From an uncultured Gemmatimonadales bacterium (GTDB taxonomy: Bacteria; Gemmatimonadota; Gemmatimonadetes; Longimicrobiales; RSA9), in contig CAWCRS010000007.1 in the NCBI GenBank assembly GCA_963798085.1, positions 128,001 to 192,000 on the forward strand: a stretch of DNA of 64,000 bases. The letters are read 5' to 3'. A model generated the notes under the pieces. It did no database searches. It had not been told where the DNA came from and was given only the letters and a program-made list of their open reading frames with translations. The number at the start of each line of letters is the position of its first letter. Within the stretch, counting starts at the first letter, position 1. The translations under genes were made by a program, and so were the position numbers. Shown piece by piece: positions 48,589-58,550 of this stretch.

Positions 48589-48776
48589 GGTACGGTGACT
48601 CCCCGGACGTGGGACAGCCGCGCCGAGGCCCGGCGCGGGGAGCATAATCGCGGGTTCTGTTCCCTGGTGCGAGTGCGACCGCGCGGTCCGGCTTCCGCGC
48701 GCTGCCTCGTGGACGGGTCATGGTGCGGCGCCCGGGAAGGTGCTTGCGCCGGGACGCAGACAGCGTCGCGTCCGCC

Positions 48777-49808
48777 TCAGCGGTGCGTAACGACGAGTTG
48801 CGTGTACGCCACCCCGTCGGGCGTGTTGTTGGCGGGGACGTAGCCGGCGACCTTGCGGGCGGCGATGTCAATGATGGCGATGCGGTCCTGGGCGGAGAGC
48901 GAGAGGAACGCGTAGCGTCCGTCGGGGCTCAGGATGATGCCTTGCGGACCGCCGCCGGTCAGGCTCAGACGGGCCAGCTCCCGGCGGCTGGCGCGGTCCA
49001 CGAAGCGCAGTTCCTCGCGTCGCGCGTCCGGTAACAGCACGGTTCGCAGGTCGGGCGTGAAGCGGATGCGATAGGGAAAGCCGAAGCTGTCCTGTGCCGT
49101 GGTGACGGTGCCGGTGCGCGGGTCGAGCACGCTCACCTTGCCTTCCGTGTTGCTGCCCACCCAGACCTCGCTGCCGTCCGGCGTCACGTTGATCGCTTCG
49201 GGTTGCGCCGGGACCGGAAAGCTCTTCACGAACCGGCCAGCGGGAAGGTCCAGTTCCGACACCGTATTGCTGCGGATGTTGCCCGTGTAGATGCGCGTGT
49301 GATCCCGGACCAGCGCCAGCATGTGCGAGGTGTTCTGCTCGGTGGGAATGACTCGCCGCACTTCACCCGCCTGCACGTTCACCACGAGCACGTTGCCCGT
49401 CACCTCCGATGTCACTAACACGAGACTGTCAGCGGCCAGGAAGGTGATGCCGTGCGGCCGCAGATACTGGCCGAGATCGATCGTGCGCACCACACGCAGA
49501 CCCGGCACGTCGATCACCGTCAGCGTGTGACCGCCCTGCTGTGCACCGTAGTCCGACACCACGGCCACGCGGCCATCATCGGAAACCGCGACCTCGTGCG
49601 GACCGTTGCCCGTGGGCAGCGCCGCCAGCACGCGGCCTGTCGCGAGGTCCACGATGCTGGCCGTTGATGGCGCCTTGTTCGTGATGATCAGCGTGCCCGT
49701 GACGCCCGGCACCTGCGCGCCCGCTGTGCACGGCAGCAATACGGCCAGCACGATGAGTCGCACCATCCAGCGGGTGCAGGCGACGATGTTCGTCCGGCAT
49801 CGGTTCAT
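48777..49808 (-). CDS. YncE/YVTN-type beta-propeller protein
   Basis: Signal peptide; PHEVAVSDDG, PHGI, PEAINVTPDG, PDGVA repeats. Confidence 0.85.
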   Translation of the reverse strand: MNRCRTNIVACTRWMVRLIVLAVLLPCTAGAQVPGVTGTLIITNKAPSTASIVDLATGRVLAALPTGNGPHEVAVSDDGRVAVVSDYGAQQGGHTLTVIDVPGLRVVRTIDLGQYLRPHGITFLAADSLVLVTSEVTGNVLVVNVQAGEVRRVIPTEQNTSHMLALVRDHTRIYTGNIRSNTVSELDLPAGRFVKSFPVPAQPEAINVTPDGSEVWVGSNTEGKVSVLDPRTGTVTTAQDSFGFPYRIRFTPDLRTVLLPDARREELRFVDRASRRELARLSLTGGGPQGIILSPDGRYAFLSLSAQDRIAIIDIAARKVAGYVPANNTPDGVAYTQLVVTHR

Positions 49809-50008
49809 GATGTCTGGCTCCCTGGCTGGTATGCGTCCCGGCCCTGCTGCATGGTGTCGCGCCGGCCGCCCGATCGCAATGCCATGCGATCCCGCGCCGG
49901 TCACGCTTGATCCCGGTACCGCCACGCCTCGAAGATGGCACGCGGCGAAACCTGCGGAACCGACTCGCCGTATTGCCGGTCAATTCCAGCACAGCCGGAG
50001 ATCGCTCG

Positions 50009-52465
50009 ATGGACCGCCTGCTCCAGGACATCCGCTACGGCGCCAAGCTGCTTCTCAAGGACCGCTCGTTCACCGTTGCCGCACTGCTCACGCTCACGCT
50101 CTGCATTGGCGCCAACAGCGCGATCTTCAGTGTGATGCACTCGGTGCTGCTCAAGCCGTTGCCATTCCCGGAGTCGCAGAGCCTGGTGAGCCTCTACAAT
50201 GCCTATCCCAAGGCGGGCATACCGCGGGCTTCCAACGGTGTGCCGGACTACTACGACCGCCTGGGGTTGAAGAACGTCTTCGACAATCTGGCGCTGTACC
50301 AGTCGAACGGCGTGACGATCGGGGAGCAGGGCTCTCCGGAGCGCGTCGCGGCACTGCGCGTCACACCCGGCTTCTTCCAGCTGCTGCACGTTGCGGCACA
50401 GGCCGGCCGCACCTTTGCCGAGTCCGATGGCGAAGTGGGAAGTGACAAGGTGGCTGTGATCAGCTGGAGTCTCTGGCAGCAGACGCTGGCGGGCAGGCCG
50501 GATGCCGTGGGCGAGGATATTCGCGTCAACGGCACGCCCTATCGCATCATCGGCATCATGCCGCGCGGTTTCCTGTTCGAGGATCGCGACACCCGCCTCT
50601 GGACACCCCTCGCGTTCACCGCCCGGGACCGTTCCAACGAGCGACGACACAGCAACTCCTACAGCATGATCGGCCGGTTGCATGCCGGCGTCCCGGTCGC
50701 GCAGGCGCAGCAGCAGATCGATGCGCTGAATGTGCGCAACCTGGAAATCATGCCCGAGCTCAAACAGCTCATTATCAATGCCGGCTTCCACACCGTCGTG
50801 ATGGACTACCGGAATGATCTCACCCACGATGTCGCCGGCACGCTGGTACTGCTTCAGACGGGCGTGCTGCTGGTGCTGCTCATCGGCTGCGTCAACATCG
50901 CCAACCTGATGCTGGTGCGTTCGACCGTGCGTGCGCGCGAGCTGGCCACGCGCGCCGCACTGGGCGCCAGCATGCCCCGCCTGGCAAGGCAGCTGTTGAC
51001 GGAAAGTGTTCTGCTGTCCTTCACGGGCGGCGTGCTGGGTCTGGTCGCCGGCTGGTTCGGCATGCGGCTGCTCAACATGCTGGGCGCGGACCAGCTGCCC
51101 CGCAGCGCCGAGATCACCATGGACTGGCAGGTCATCCTGGCCACCTGCGGCCTCGCCGTGCTGGCCGGATTGCTGTTCGGCACCATTCCGGCCGCCCGCC
51201 TGTTCCGTCAGAACCTCAGCTCGGTATTCCGCCAGGCGGGTCGCACCGGCACGTCGGGCCGCGGTGCACTCGCCGCGCGCAGCACGCTCGTGGTCGTGCA
51301 AGTGTCCGTCGCCTTCGCGCTGCTCATCGGCGCGGGCCTCATGATCTCCAGCTTCGCGCGCCGGCTGGCCGTCGATCCGGGCTTTCGCAGGGATGGTGTG
51401 CTCACCGCCGCCCTGGCCCTGCCGGTGACACGCTATCCCGATGGCCCGGCACGCGCCGCCTTCGTGAAGCAGGCGCTGGAGAGCATTCGCGCCATCCCCG
51501 GCGTCCGCTCCGCCGGCGCGACCAGTGCGATTCCCTTCGGCGACGACTTCAACTCCAGCGTGATCACGCCCGAAGGCTACGTCATGAAGCCCGGCGAATC
51601 ACCCATTTCGCCCTACCATACTGCCATAACACCCGGTTATTTCGAGACCATGGGCATCCAGCTCGTGCGCGGTCGCACCTTCAATGATGGCGATGATCAG
51701 AAGACACTGAAGGTCGCGCTCATCGATGAATGGCTGGCGAGTCACTTCTGGCCGGGCCAGGACCCCATCGGCAAGCGCATGTTCCAGGGCGTGTATGGCT
51801 TGCAGCCCGAGGACTCGATCGAATTCCAGACCATTGTCGGCATCGTGCGTGACGTGCGCGTCGCCAACCTCGCCGGCGACGAGACCAAGGGGCACAACTA
51901 CGTGCCCATGACGCAGGAGCCTGCCGGCAACCTCTTCGTGGTTGTGCATACCGCCGGCCCACCTGCCGCCGTGCTGCCTGCCATGCGCACCGCCGTGGGC
52001 CGCCTCGATCCCGACATGCCCGTCTACAACGTGCGCACCATGGGCGAACGCGTGACGCGCTCGCTGCTCGAGGACCGCGCCCGCATGGTCCTGCTCGGCC
52101 TCTTCGGCGCCGTCGCACTGTTCCTGGCCGCGACCGGCATCTACGGCGTGCTCGCCTACTCCGTGACCCTGCGCACGAAGGAGTTCGGCATCCGCCTGGC
52201 GCTGGGCAGCAATCTGCCCGATCTGTTCCGCATCGTCCTGGTGCAGGGCGTCCGACTGCTCGCCTTCGGCCTCGCCATCGGCCTGACCGCCAGTTTCCTG
52301 CTGACCCGACTCGTACAGAGCATGCTCTTCGGCGTGCGCCCGCACGATCCGCTCGTCTTTGCCGGCGTGTCTCTGCTGCTCGGCCTCGTCGCCCTGCTCG
52401 CCTGCGCCCTGCCCGCCCGCCGCGCCACTCTCGTCAACCCCGGCCGGGCGCTGACACTCGACTGA
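50009..52465 (+). CDS. Duplicated MacB/FtsX-type ABC permease (ADOP family)
   Basis: QDIRYGAKLL, IGANSAIFS, GCVNIANL, RTKEFGIRLALG, PARRA. Confidence 0.92.
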   Translation: MDRLLQDIRYGAKLLLKDRSFTVAALLTLTLCIGANSAIFSVMHSVLLKPLPFPESQSLVSLYNAYPKAGIPRASNGVPDYYDRLGLKNVFDNLALYQSNGVTIGEQGSPERVAALRVTPGFFQLLHVAAQAGRTFAESDGEVGSDKVAVISWSLWQQTLAGRPDAVGEDIRVNGTPYRIIGIMPRGFLFEDRDTRLWTPLAFTARDRSNERRHSNSYSMIGRLHAGVPVAQAQQQIDALNVRNLEIMPELKQLIINAGFHTVVMDYRNDLTHDVAGTLVLLQTGVLLVLLIGCVNIANLMLVRSTVRARELATRAALGASMPRLARQLLTESVLLSFTGGVLGLVAGWFGMRLLNMLGADQLPRSAEITMDWQVILATCGLAVLAGLLFGTIPAARLFRQNLSSVFRQAGRTGTSGRGALAARSTLVVVQVSVAFALLIGAGLMISSFARRLAVDPGFRRDGVLTAALALPVTRYPDGPARAAFVKQALESIRAIPGVRSAGATSAIPFGDDFNSSVITPEGYVMKPGESPISPYHTAITPGYFETMGIQLVRGRTFNDGDDQKTLKVALIDEWLASHFWPGQDPIGKRMFQGVYGLQPEDSIEFQTIVGIVRDVRVANLAGDETKGHNYVPMTQEPAGNLFVVVHTAGPPAAVLPAMRTAVGRLDPDMPVYNVRTMGERVTRSLLEDRARMVLLGLFGAVALFLAATGIYGVLAYSVTLRTKEFGIRLALGSNLPDLFRIVLVQGVRLLAFGLAIGLTASFLLTRLVQSMLFGVRPHDPLVFAGVSLLLGLVALLACALPARRATLVNPGRALTLD

Positions 52466-52492
52466 CCTCCTCACCGGCTTCGCGGCCAAGGG

Positions 52493-54985
52493 CTAGTCGG
52501 TGCGCATGGCGACGAGGGGGTCGACGCGGGCGGCGCGGCGGGCGGGCAGCCAGCTGGCCAGCAGGCTGACGCCGGCTAACACGCTGATGGCGATGGCATA
52601 GGTGAGCGGGTTCGTTGGCTGGACGCCGAACAGCAGGCTGCGCATCAGGCCGGTCAGTGCCAGCGCGCCAATGGTGCCGGCGCCTGCGCCCAGCAGCACC
52701 ATGCGCAGGGAATTACCGATCACCAGCGCCGCCACCTGGCGAGGGCGCGCGCCCAGCGCCACACGCACGCCCAGCTCGCGCGTGCGTCGCGTCACGATCC
52801 AGGAGATCACGCCGTACAGGCCGATGGCGGCGAGCAGCAGCGCCAGGAATGCGGCCAGGCCGAGCAGTGTCATGGTGAAGGAAAGGCGACCCATCGAGTG
52901 GTCGACAATGCTGCTCATGGTCCCGGCATTGCTCAGCGGGATCGCCGGATCCACATCGGCCACCGCCTTGCGCACGGCACTGAACACGGAGGCGGGATCC
53001 GCGAGCGAGGTGCGCACTGCCAGCGACACCACGCGCGCCGACCAGGGCTGCTTGTTGCCAGGAATGCAGGCAATCGGATAGTAGGCCACGATCGCCGGCG
53101 GCTCCTCCAGCGAGCTGCTGTACACGTCGCCCACAACGCCCACCACTGTATAGAACGGCGGGTTAGTCCAGCCGTTCGGTGCGATGCGTTTGCCCACTGC
53201 ATCCTCGCCCGGCCAGAAACGATCCGCAAACGACTTGCTCACCACCACCGCACCCGCTTCCGGCTGGTCGTTGTCGGCGCGTGTGAATGTGCGACCACTC
53301 AGCAGCGGAATGCCCAGCGCCTCGAAATAGCCCGGCGTCGTCGGTTCCTGTCCCGCGCACGTCGTGTTGCCCGCATTGCGCAGGCGCTCGTACACGGCGG
53401 CATTGGCGAAGCCCTGCACCGTGCAGCCGAACGCTTCCGTGAAGGGCAGCTCCTCCGACGCGCCGGCCCGCGTGACGCCCGGGATCGCTTCAATGCGCTC
53501 GAGCACATTCGCGTAGAAGCGCCAGGCGTCCGAGGCCTGCGGGTAGCGGCTCTCGGGCAGGTACACCTGCATGGTGAGCACGCCACGCGCGTCAACGCCC
53601 GGGTTCACCGAGCGCAGCCGCTGATAACTCGCGACCAGCAGACCTGCGCCGATCACCAGCACGAGCGCCAGCGCCACCTGCAGCGCCACCAGTCCATCGC
53701 GCAGGCGCTGCCGCTCGCGCCCTGTCGTCACGCGACCACTGTCGCCGATCGCGCCCGCCGCCATATCGCGCCGGTGGTGCAGGATGGGGAACAGCGCGAG
53801 CACGAGCGCGACCAGCAGCGAGATACCCAGCGCGAAGAGTACGGAACCCGAACCCACTCGCAGCTCCGCCAGGCGGGGCAGCGAATCGGGCGCCAGCGAG
53901 ACCAGCGCATCGACGCCCCACCAGCCCAGCGCCAGCGAGACGACGCAGCCCGCCAGCACCATGGCCAGGCTCTCCGCCAGGAACTGCCGCGCGATGACCA
54001 GACGGCCCGCGCCCAGCGCGCTGCGCACAGCCAGCTCACGCCGCCGCGTCTCGACGCGTACCAGAAACAGGTTGGCGACGTTCAGGCAGGCAATCACCAG
54101 AATCAGTGCCACACTGCCGAACAGAATCCACAGATTGCGCGCGGCAGCGCCCACCGTGTACTGCTTCAGCGGATAGACTTTCGTGCTCAGCCGGTAGCGC
54201 TCGAGGAAATTCCGGCTGTAGCCCTCGGGAAACGCATCGCCTAACTGCGCTGTCAGGCGGTTCATCTCCTGCTGTGCCTGCTCGACCGTGAAGCCCGGCG
54301 CCAGTCTCGCCAGTGTGGGAATGATGTGGCTGAAGGGCCCGCCGTTCTCCTCCAGCACGAAGGGCTGCCACAGGTCCGGCTCGCTCGCCAGCCCGCCGCC
54401 CGGATCCTCCGGCAGATACGTGCCCCTCGCCATTACGCCGACGATCTCGACCGGCCGCTCGTTGAGGGAGAGAGTGCGACCGACGACCGACCGGTCGCCG
54501 CCGAAGCTGCGTCGCCAGAACCCTTCCGACAGCACCACGACCTGCGCGGCGCCCACCGCATCATCCGCATCCGCGATCAGACGGCCCAGCAGCGGACGCG
54601 CGCCCAGCATGCGCAACACGCTCCCGCTCGCCAGCGCCGTGCGCACGCGCTGCGCGCCATCCGGCGTCGCCACATTGGCGCCGCCCGCGCGAAAGGCGCC
54701 CACTGCATCCAGTGTCTTCGTGCTGGCGCTGAAATAGCGCTGCTCCGAAGGCGAGAGCTGCCACTCTTCGCCGGCACCCACGCCCGGCACCGGACTCTTC
54801 AGCCGCACCAGCCGGCCCGACTCCGGGTAAGGCAGCGGATCCAGCACCACGCGCTGCAGCAGGGTGAAGATCGCGGTGGTCGCGCCAATGCCCAGGGCAA
54901 ACACCGTGATAGCTATGACACTGAACCCGGGCGCGCGCCGCAGCGTGCGCACGGCCTGAAGGAAATCCCGCCCGAATTCGCTCAT
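52493..54985 (-). CDS. Duplicated MacB/FtsX-type ABC permease (ADOP family)
   Basis: ALGIGATTAIF, ACLNVANL, RTRELGVRVALGA, PARRAARVDP. Confidence 0.92.
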   Translation of the reverse strand: MSEFGRDFLQAVRTLRRAPGFSVIAITVFALGIGATTAIFTLLQRVVLDPLPYPESGRLVRLKSPVPGVGAGEEWQLSPSEQRYFSASTKTLDAVGAFRAGGANVATPDGAQRVRTALASGSVLRMLGARPLLGRLIADADDAVGAAQVVVLSEGFWRRSFGGDRSVVGRTLSLNERPVEIVGVMARGTYLPEDPGGGLASEPDLWQPFVLEENGGPFSHIIPTLARLAPGFTVEQAQQEMNRLTAQLGDAFPEGYSRNFLERYRLSTKVYPLKQYTVGAAARNLWILFGSVALILVIACLNVANLFLVRVETRRRELAVRSALGAGRLVIARQFLAESLAMVLAGCVVSLALGWWGVDALVSLAPDSLPRLAELRVGSGSVLFALGISLLVALVLALFPILHHRRDMAAGAIGDSGRVTTGRERQRLRDGLVALQVALALVLVIGAGLLVASYQRLRSVNPGVDARGVLTMQVYLPESRYPQASDAWRFYANVLERIEAIPGVTRAGASEELPFTEAFGCTVQGFANAAVYERLRNAGNTTCAGQEPTTPGYFEALGIPLLSGRTFTRADNDQPEAGAVVVSKSFADRFWPGEDAVGKRIAPNGWTNPPFYTVVGVVGDVYSSSLEEPPAIVAYYPIACIPGNKQPWSARVVSLAVRTSLADPASVFSAVRKAVADVDPAIPLSNAGTMSSIVDHSMGRLSFTMTLLGLAAFLALLLAAIGLYGVISWIVTRRTRELGVRVALGARPRQVAALVIGNSLRMVLLGAGAGTIGALALTGLMRSLLFGVQPTNPLTYAIAISVLAGVSLLASWLPARRAARVDPLVAMRTD

Positions 54986-55031
54986 GATCACAGCCGTGGT
55001 TGGGGTTCGGTCGGCAGCGCTTCTGTCCCGG

Positions 55032-55068
55032 GAAAAGACAAACGGCGTGCCACCCGCACGCCGTTTGT
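55032..55068 (-). terminator. Candidate intrinsic terminator between the AKR gene and the permease
   Basis: Perfect 13-bp stem ACAAACGGCGTGC/GCACGCCGTTTGT with a 5-nt loop, followed by CTTTT on the minus strand. Confidence 0.55.
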
Positions 55069-55166
55069 AACTCATGACAGCCCAGCAGGTTGGACTAGCG
55101 CTCCCGGATCACGGACCGGGCTGGCCTGCTCTGCCGTGGCATGCGCCGTCCCAATTCCGGGAGCGG

Positions 55167-56153
55167 TCAGAGCCCGTCGTACGCGTCCTGGATGCGCTTG
55201 CGCATGGCGGCATCCGGCATGCGCCCGTGGGCGGCGCCCAGATTGTCCGTCAGGTGCTCCAGCTTGGTGGTGCCGGGAATCGCGCAGGTCACCGCCGGAT
55301 GGGAAACCACCCACTTCAGGAAGATCTGCGGCCACGAGGTGCAGTCGATTTCCTTCGCCCAGTCCGGAACCGGTTTGCCGCTGGACTTCTGGAACACGCT
55401 CTCGCGGCCGAACGGCAGGTTGATGAGCACACCCATGCCGCGCTCGGCCGCCAGCGGCAGGATCTGCTCCTCGGCATTGCGGTTGTTGATCGAGTAGTCG
55501 ACCTGGATGAAGTCCAGCTTCTCCGCCTTCATGAGCTGCAGGAGCGTGTCGTACTGGCGGTCGCTGGATGTGGTAACACCGTGATAGCGGATCTTCCCGG
55601 CCGTCTTCCACTCGCGCAGCATGGGCAGCAGTGTTTCTGTTCCGCCCAGATTCCACACCTGCATCAGGTCGATGACCTTGGTGTGCAGCCGCTCCATCGA
55701 CTGCGCCAGGGAATCAATGCCGCGCTGCGGATCCGGCGCGGCCGCCGCCTGTCCGCCGCGGCCCCGGCCGCCGCCCAGTGAGACCTTGGTGGCAAGGAAG
55801 AACCTGCTGCGCAGGCCCTGATCGTTGATCGCGTCGCCCAGCGCCTCTTCCGACTTGCCGTACGACGGCGCCGTGTCCACGACCTTGCCGCCCAGCTCGG
55901 GCATCTCGCGCAGCAGATCGCACAGCTGATCGTGCGGCGTGTCGCCCCAGCTCTGCGCCGTGCCCAGACCAATGACCGGCAGCGGCTCGCCCGACGACGG
56001 AATCGGCCTGGTCACGAGCGGCAGCTGCAGCACGCGCGTCAGCCGCGACAGTTCCTCGCCGCGCAGCGGCAGGCGCCCCAGCACCAGGCCGGCGCCGGCG
56101 GCAAGGCCGAGACGCAGTGCGTCGCGCCGGGAGGGTTCGTGCGCATGGCTCAT
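55167..56153 (-). CDS. Aldo/keto reductase with Tat signal
   Basis: SRRDALR Tat-like motif; IGLGT, DTAPSYG, LATK, IPGTTKLEHLTDN. Confidence 0.92.
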   Translation of the reverse strand: MSHAHEPSRRDALRLGLAAGAGLVLGRLPLRGEELSRLTRVLQLPLVTRPIPSSGEPLPVIGLGTAQSWGDTPHDQLCDLLREMPELGGKVVDTAPSYGKSEEALGDAINDQGLRSRFFLATKVSLGGGRGRGGQAAAAPDPQRGIDSLAQSMERLHTKVIDLMQVWNLGGTETLLPMLREWKTAGKIRYHGVTTSSDRQYDTLLQLMKAEKLDFIQVDYSINNRNAEEQILPLAAERGMGVLINLPFGRESVFQKSSGKPVPDWAKEIDCTSWPQIFLKWVVSHPAVTCAIPGTTKLEHLTDNLGAAHGRMPDAAMRKRIQDAYDGL

Positions 56154-56181
56154 GTCTCGTCCTCCGTGGATCGATGCGTGG

Positions 56182-57342
56182 TCAGCTCCTCAGCGACAGC
56201 ACGTTGAGCGTCACCAGCTCGAGGTAGCTCTTGTACCCGCCATTGTGGAATTCGCGGGCGAAGTCCGTGAAATGCTCGAGCAGCTGCGTCGAGGAGTAGC
56301 CCGGCACATTCTGCGGATGGAAACCGCGGAAATAGCTGCGTATGATAACACTCCTGTCATCAAACGGCAGCGCGCTCACGGTCGCCGCAAACGTCTGAAA
56401 GCCGGACTGCTGGAACAGGTACTGCTCGACGTTCGACGTGTAGAACGCGGAAATGTGCAGGCCCCGGCGCGCCACTTCCTGGCCGATCGCCGCCAGTGCG
56501 TGCGGGCCGGAGAGGTCGCCCACCACGGGCACGACCAGATTGCGCGTCTCCAGGTCCTTGATGAACTGGAAGCTCGCCTCCGAGGCGAGATAGTTGCGCC
56601 GCTTGCCCTCGAGATCGGTCTCCAGAATCAGCTGCCGCCAGCTGGGGAAGGAGTTGAACCGCCCGCGATTCGAGTAGCGCGTGTCCAGTCCCCACTCCGC
56701 GAACGTCGTGTGGATGGTGTGGATCGTGGCCAGGTCCTCCGCCGACAGTGTGTAGCCGAAGCGGGTGGCGCTCGCCGTCACCCGTGCGGCCGCTTCGTCG
56801 AACGACTTCTGATCCGACTGCGTGGAATCGACGTACGCGATGATGCGCGTGACATCCGCCGTGTCCCAGCTCGCCAGATCCGGCGGCGTCCGCTTGCCCA
56901 GGAACAGGCAGAGATACTCGAGCCGGTTGCGCGCATTCTCGAAAAGCGCCTTGAACAGGAAATGCTGCAGCATGTTGTCGCGCCGGATGTCGATGATGAA
57001 CACGATCTCCGGCCGCACCGCGGCGATGTACGAGAAATTCTGGTCCGGTCCCACGCCCACGTACGCGCCGCCCGCCACGCCTGTCTCCTTCATCTTGCGC
57101 AGCACGTGCAGGTACGACGTCTCGTTGGACACCAGGTTGTCGCTGGGAAAGAAGCCGCCCGGCTCGGACAGCCGGTCGATCAGTCCGGCGAACTCGGCGG
57201 AGGCGATCGACGGTGTGGCCGGTGGCGCCACCATCGCCGCCGCGACGCGGGCCGGTGGCGCCTCGTGATGCGCTGCGCATGCGAAGCTCAGGATGGCGAG
57301 CGTCAGCGCGCGGAACAGGGGAGACCTGCGGATCATCCGCAC
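56182..57342 (-). CDS. Conserved hypothetical lipoprotein (possible methyltransferase-like fold)
   Basis: Lipobox-like SFAC; LSEPGGFFPSDNLVSNE, YVGVGPDQNFSYI, FYTSNVEQYL. Confidence 0.75.
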   Translation of the reverse strand: MRMIRRSPLFRALTLAILSFACAAHHEAPPARVAAAMVAPPATPSIASAEFAGLIDRLSEPGGFFPSDNLVSNETSYLHVLRKMKETGVAGGAYVGVGPDQNFSYIAAVRPEIVFIIDIRRDNMLQHFLFKALFENARNRLEYLCLFLGKRTPPDLASWDTADVTRIIAYVDSTQSDQKSFDEAAARVTASATRFGYTLSAEDLATIHTIHTTFAEWGLDTRYSNRGRFNSFPSWRQLILETDLEGKRRNYLASEASFQFIKDLETRNLVVPVVGDLSGPHALAAIGQEVARRGLHISAFYTSNVEQYLFQQSGFQTFAATVSALPFDDRSVIIRSYFRGFHPQNVPGYSSTQLLEHFTDFAREFHNGGYKSYLELVTLNVLSLRS

Positions 57343-57926
57343 CTCAGCGGCGAGAGCACGCCGAAGGATCGCGCCACCCGGCGGGCGGCGTCAAGCGAGG
57401 TGGGACGGCGCCCGCCCGGCGGTGGCTCACACCCGCCGGCACTGCCGCGCCCCGCGACCGTTCAACGGATCGCAGGCGACCGGCGCGCCTCGGCCCGCGG
57501 GCCGCTGCGCCCGGTCGCTGCCCGACCGCCGGCAACACGCGTGCTATCGCAACGCGGGCAGCGCCGCCCGCGCGCGCTCCGGCTGACCCTCGATCTCGAG
57601 CCAGCGTGGCGATCCGGGCGCGTGACCCGGCAACGTGAAGCGCATGCAGCCTCCCTCGTTCGTGCCTTCGCTCTCCCCGCGACCTTCGCCGCCAGAGGAG
57701 CAGGCATCGCCTGCCACGAACTGTGCTGTGACGGGTCGCCTGCAACTGGGTTGCCGGCCCTGCCTGCGCCCTCGAGCCAGCCGCCCGCGAAGCGCATGGC
57801 CCCAACCCGCTGCCACTTCTGCATTGTCGCGGCAACGCGTATTGTGTGCGCGGCGTCGGGCGTCTGCGGACGCACGCCACCAGCCACAACACGCTGTTAC
57901 CGGGACTGCGCACGACGGGAAGTGGC

Positions 57927-58550
57927 ATGTCGCTCACGCACGGGGATGGACGCACACGCTGCCGCTGGGCCGGCAGTGATCCGCTGTACCTCGAGTATCA
58001 CGACCACGAATGGGGCTCGCCTTCACGCGATGACCGGCACCTGCTCGAGATGCTCGTGCTGGAAGGCGCGCAGGCCGGCCTCTCCTGGATCACCATCCTG
58101 CGCAAACGCGAGAACTATCGCCGGGCCTTCGACAACTTCGAGCCCGCGAAACTCGCGAAATACGATGAGCGCCGCATCGGGAAACTGCTGGCGGATACCG
58201 GAATCGTGCGCAACCGCATGAAGATCGACGCCGCCATTGGCAATGCGCGCGCGTTCCGCGATGTGGTGCAGGAGTACGGCAGCTTCCATGCGTACGTGTG
58301 GGACTTCGTGAACGGCCAGCCCATTGTGAACCGCTGGCAGCAGCACGAGCACCTGCCCGCGCAGACGCCTGAATCGGAAGCCATGAGCAAGGCGCTCAGG
58401 CAGCGCGGCTTCCGTTTTGTCGGCCCCACCATCTGCTATTCGTTCATGCAGGCGGTGGGCATGGTGAACGATCACGTCGTCGACTGCTTCCGCTGGGCCG
58501 AGCTGGGTGGGCAGAGCGGGAAGCGCCCTCGCACACGGGCGCGCAGCTGA
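57927..58550 (+). CDS. tag: DNA-3-methyladenine glycosylase I
   Basis: RCRWA...YHDHEWG, LEGAQAGLSWITILRKR, GFRFVGPTICYSFMQAVGMVNDH..DC. Confidence 0.95.
   Translation: MSLTHGDGRTRCRWAGSDPLYLEYHDHEWGSPSRDDRHLLEMLVLEGAQAGLSWITILRKRENYRRAFDNFEPAKLAKYDERRIGKLLADTGIVRNRMKIDAAIGNARAFRDVVQEYGSFHAYVWDFVNGQPIVNRWQQHEHLPAQTPESEAMSKALRQRGFRFVGPTICYSFMQAVGMVNDHVVDCFRWAELGGQSGKRPRTRARS

Noticed and set aside
46525..48843. Long antisense ORFs (for example 772 aa here, 760 aa at 55939-58221, 531 aa at 3622-5217)
   Set aside because: These are shadow ORFs typical of high-GC DNA, opposite well-supported genes and without motifs.
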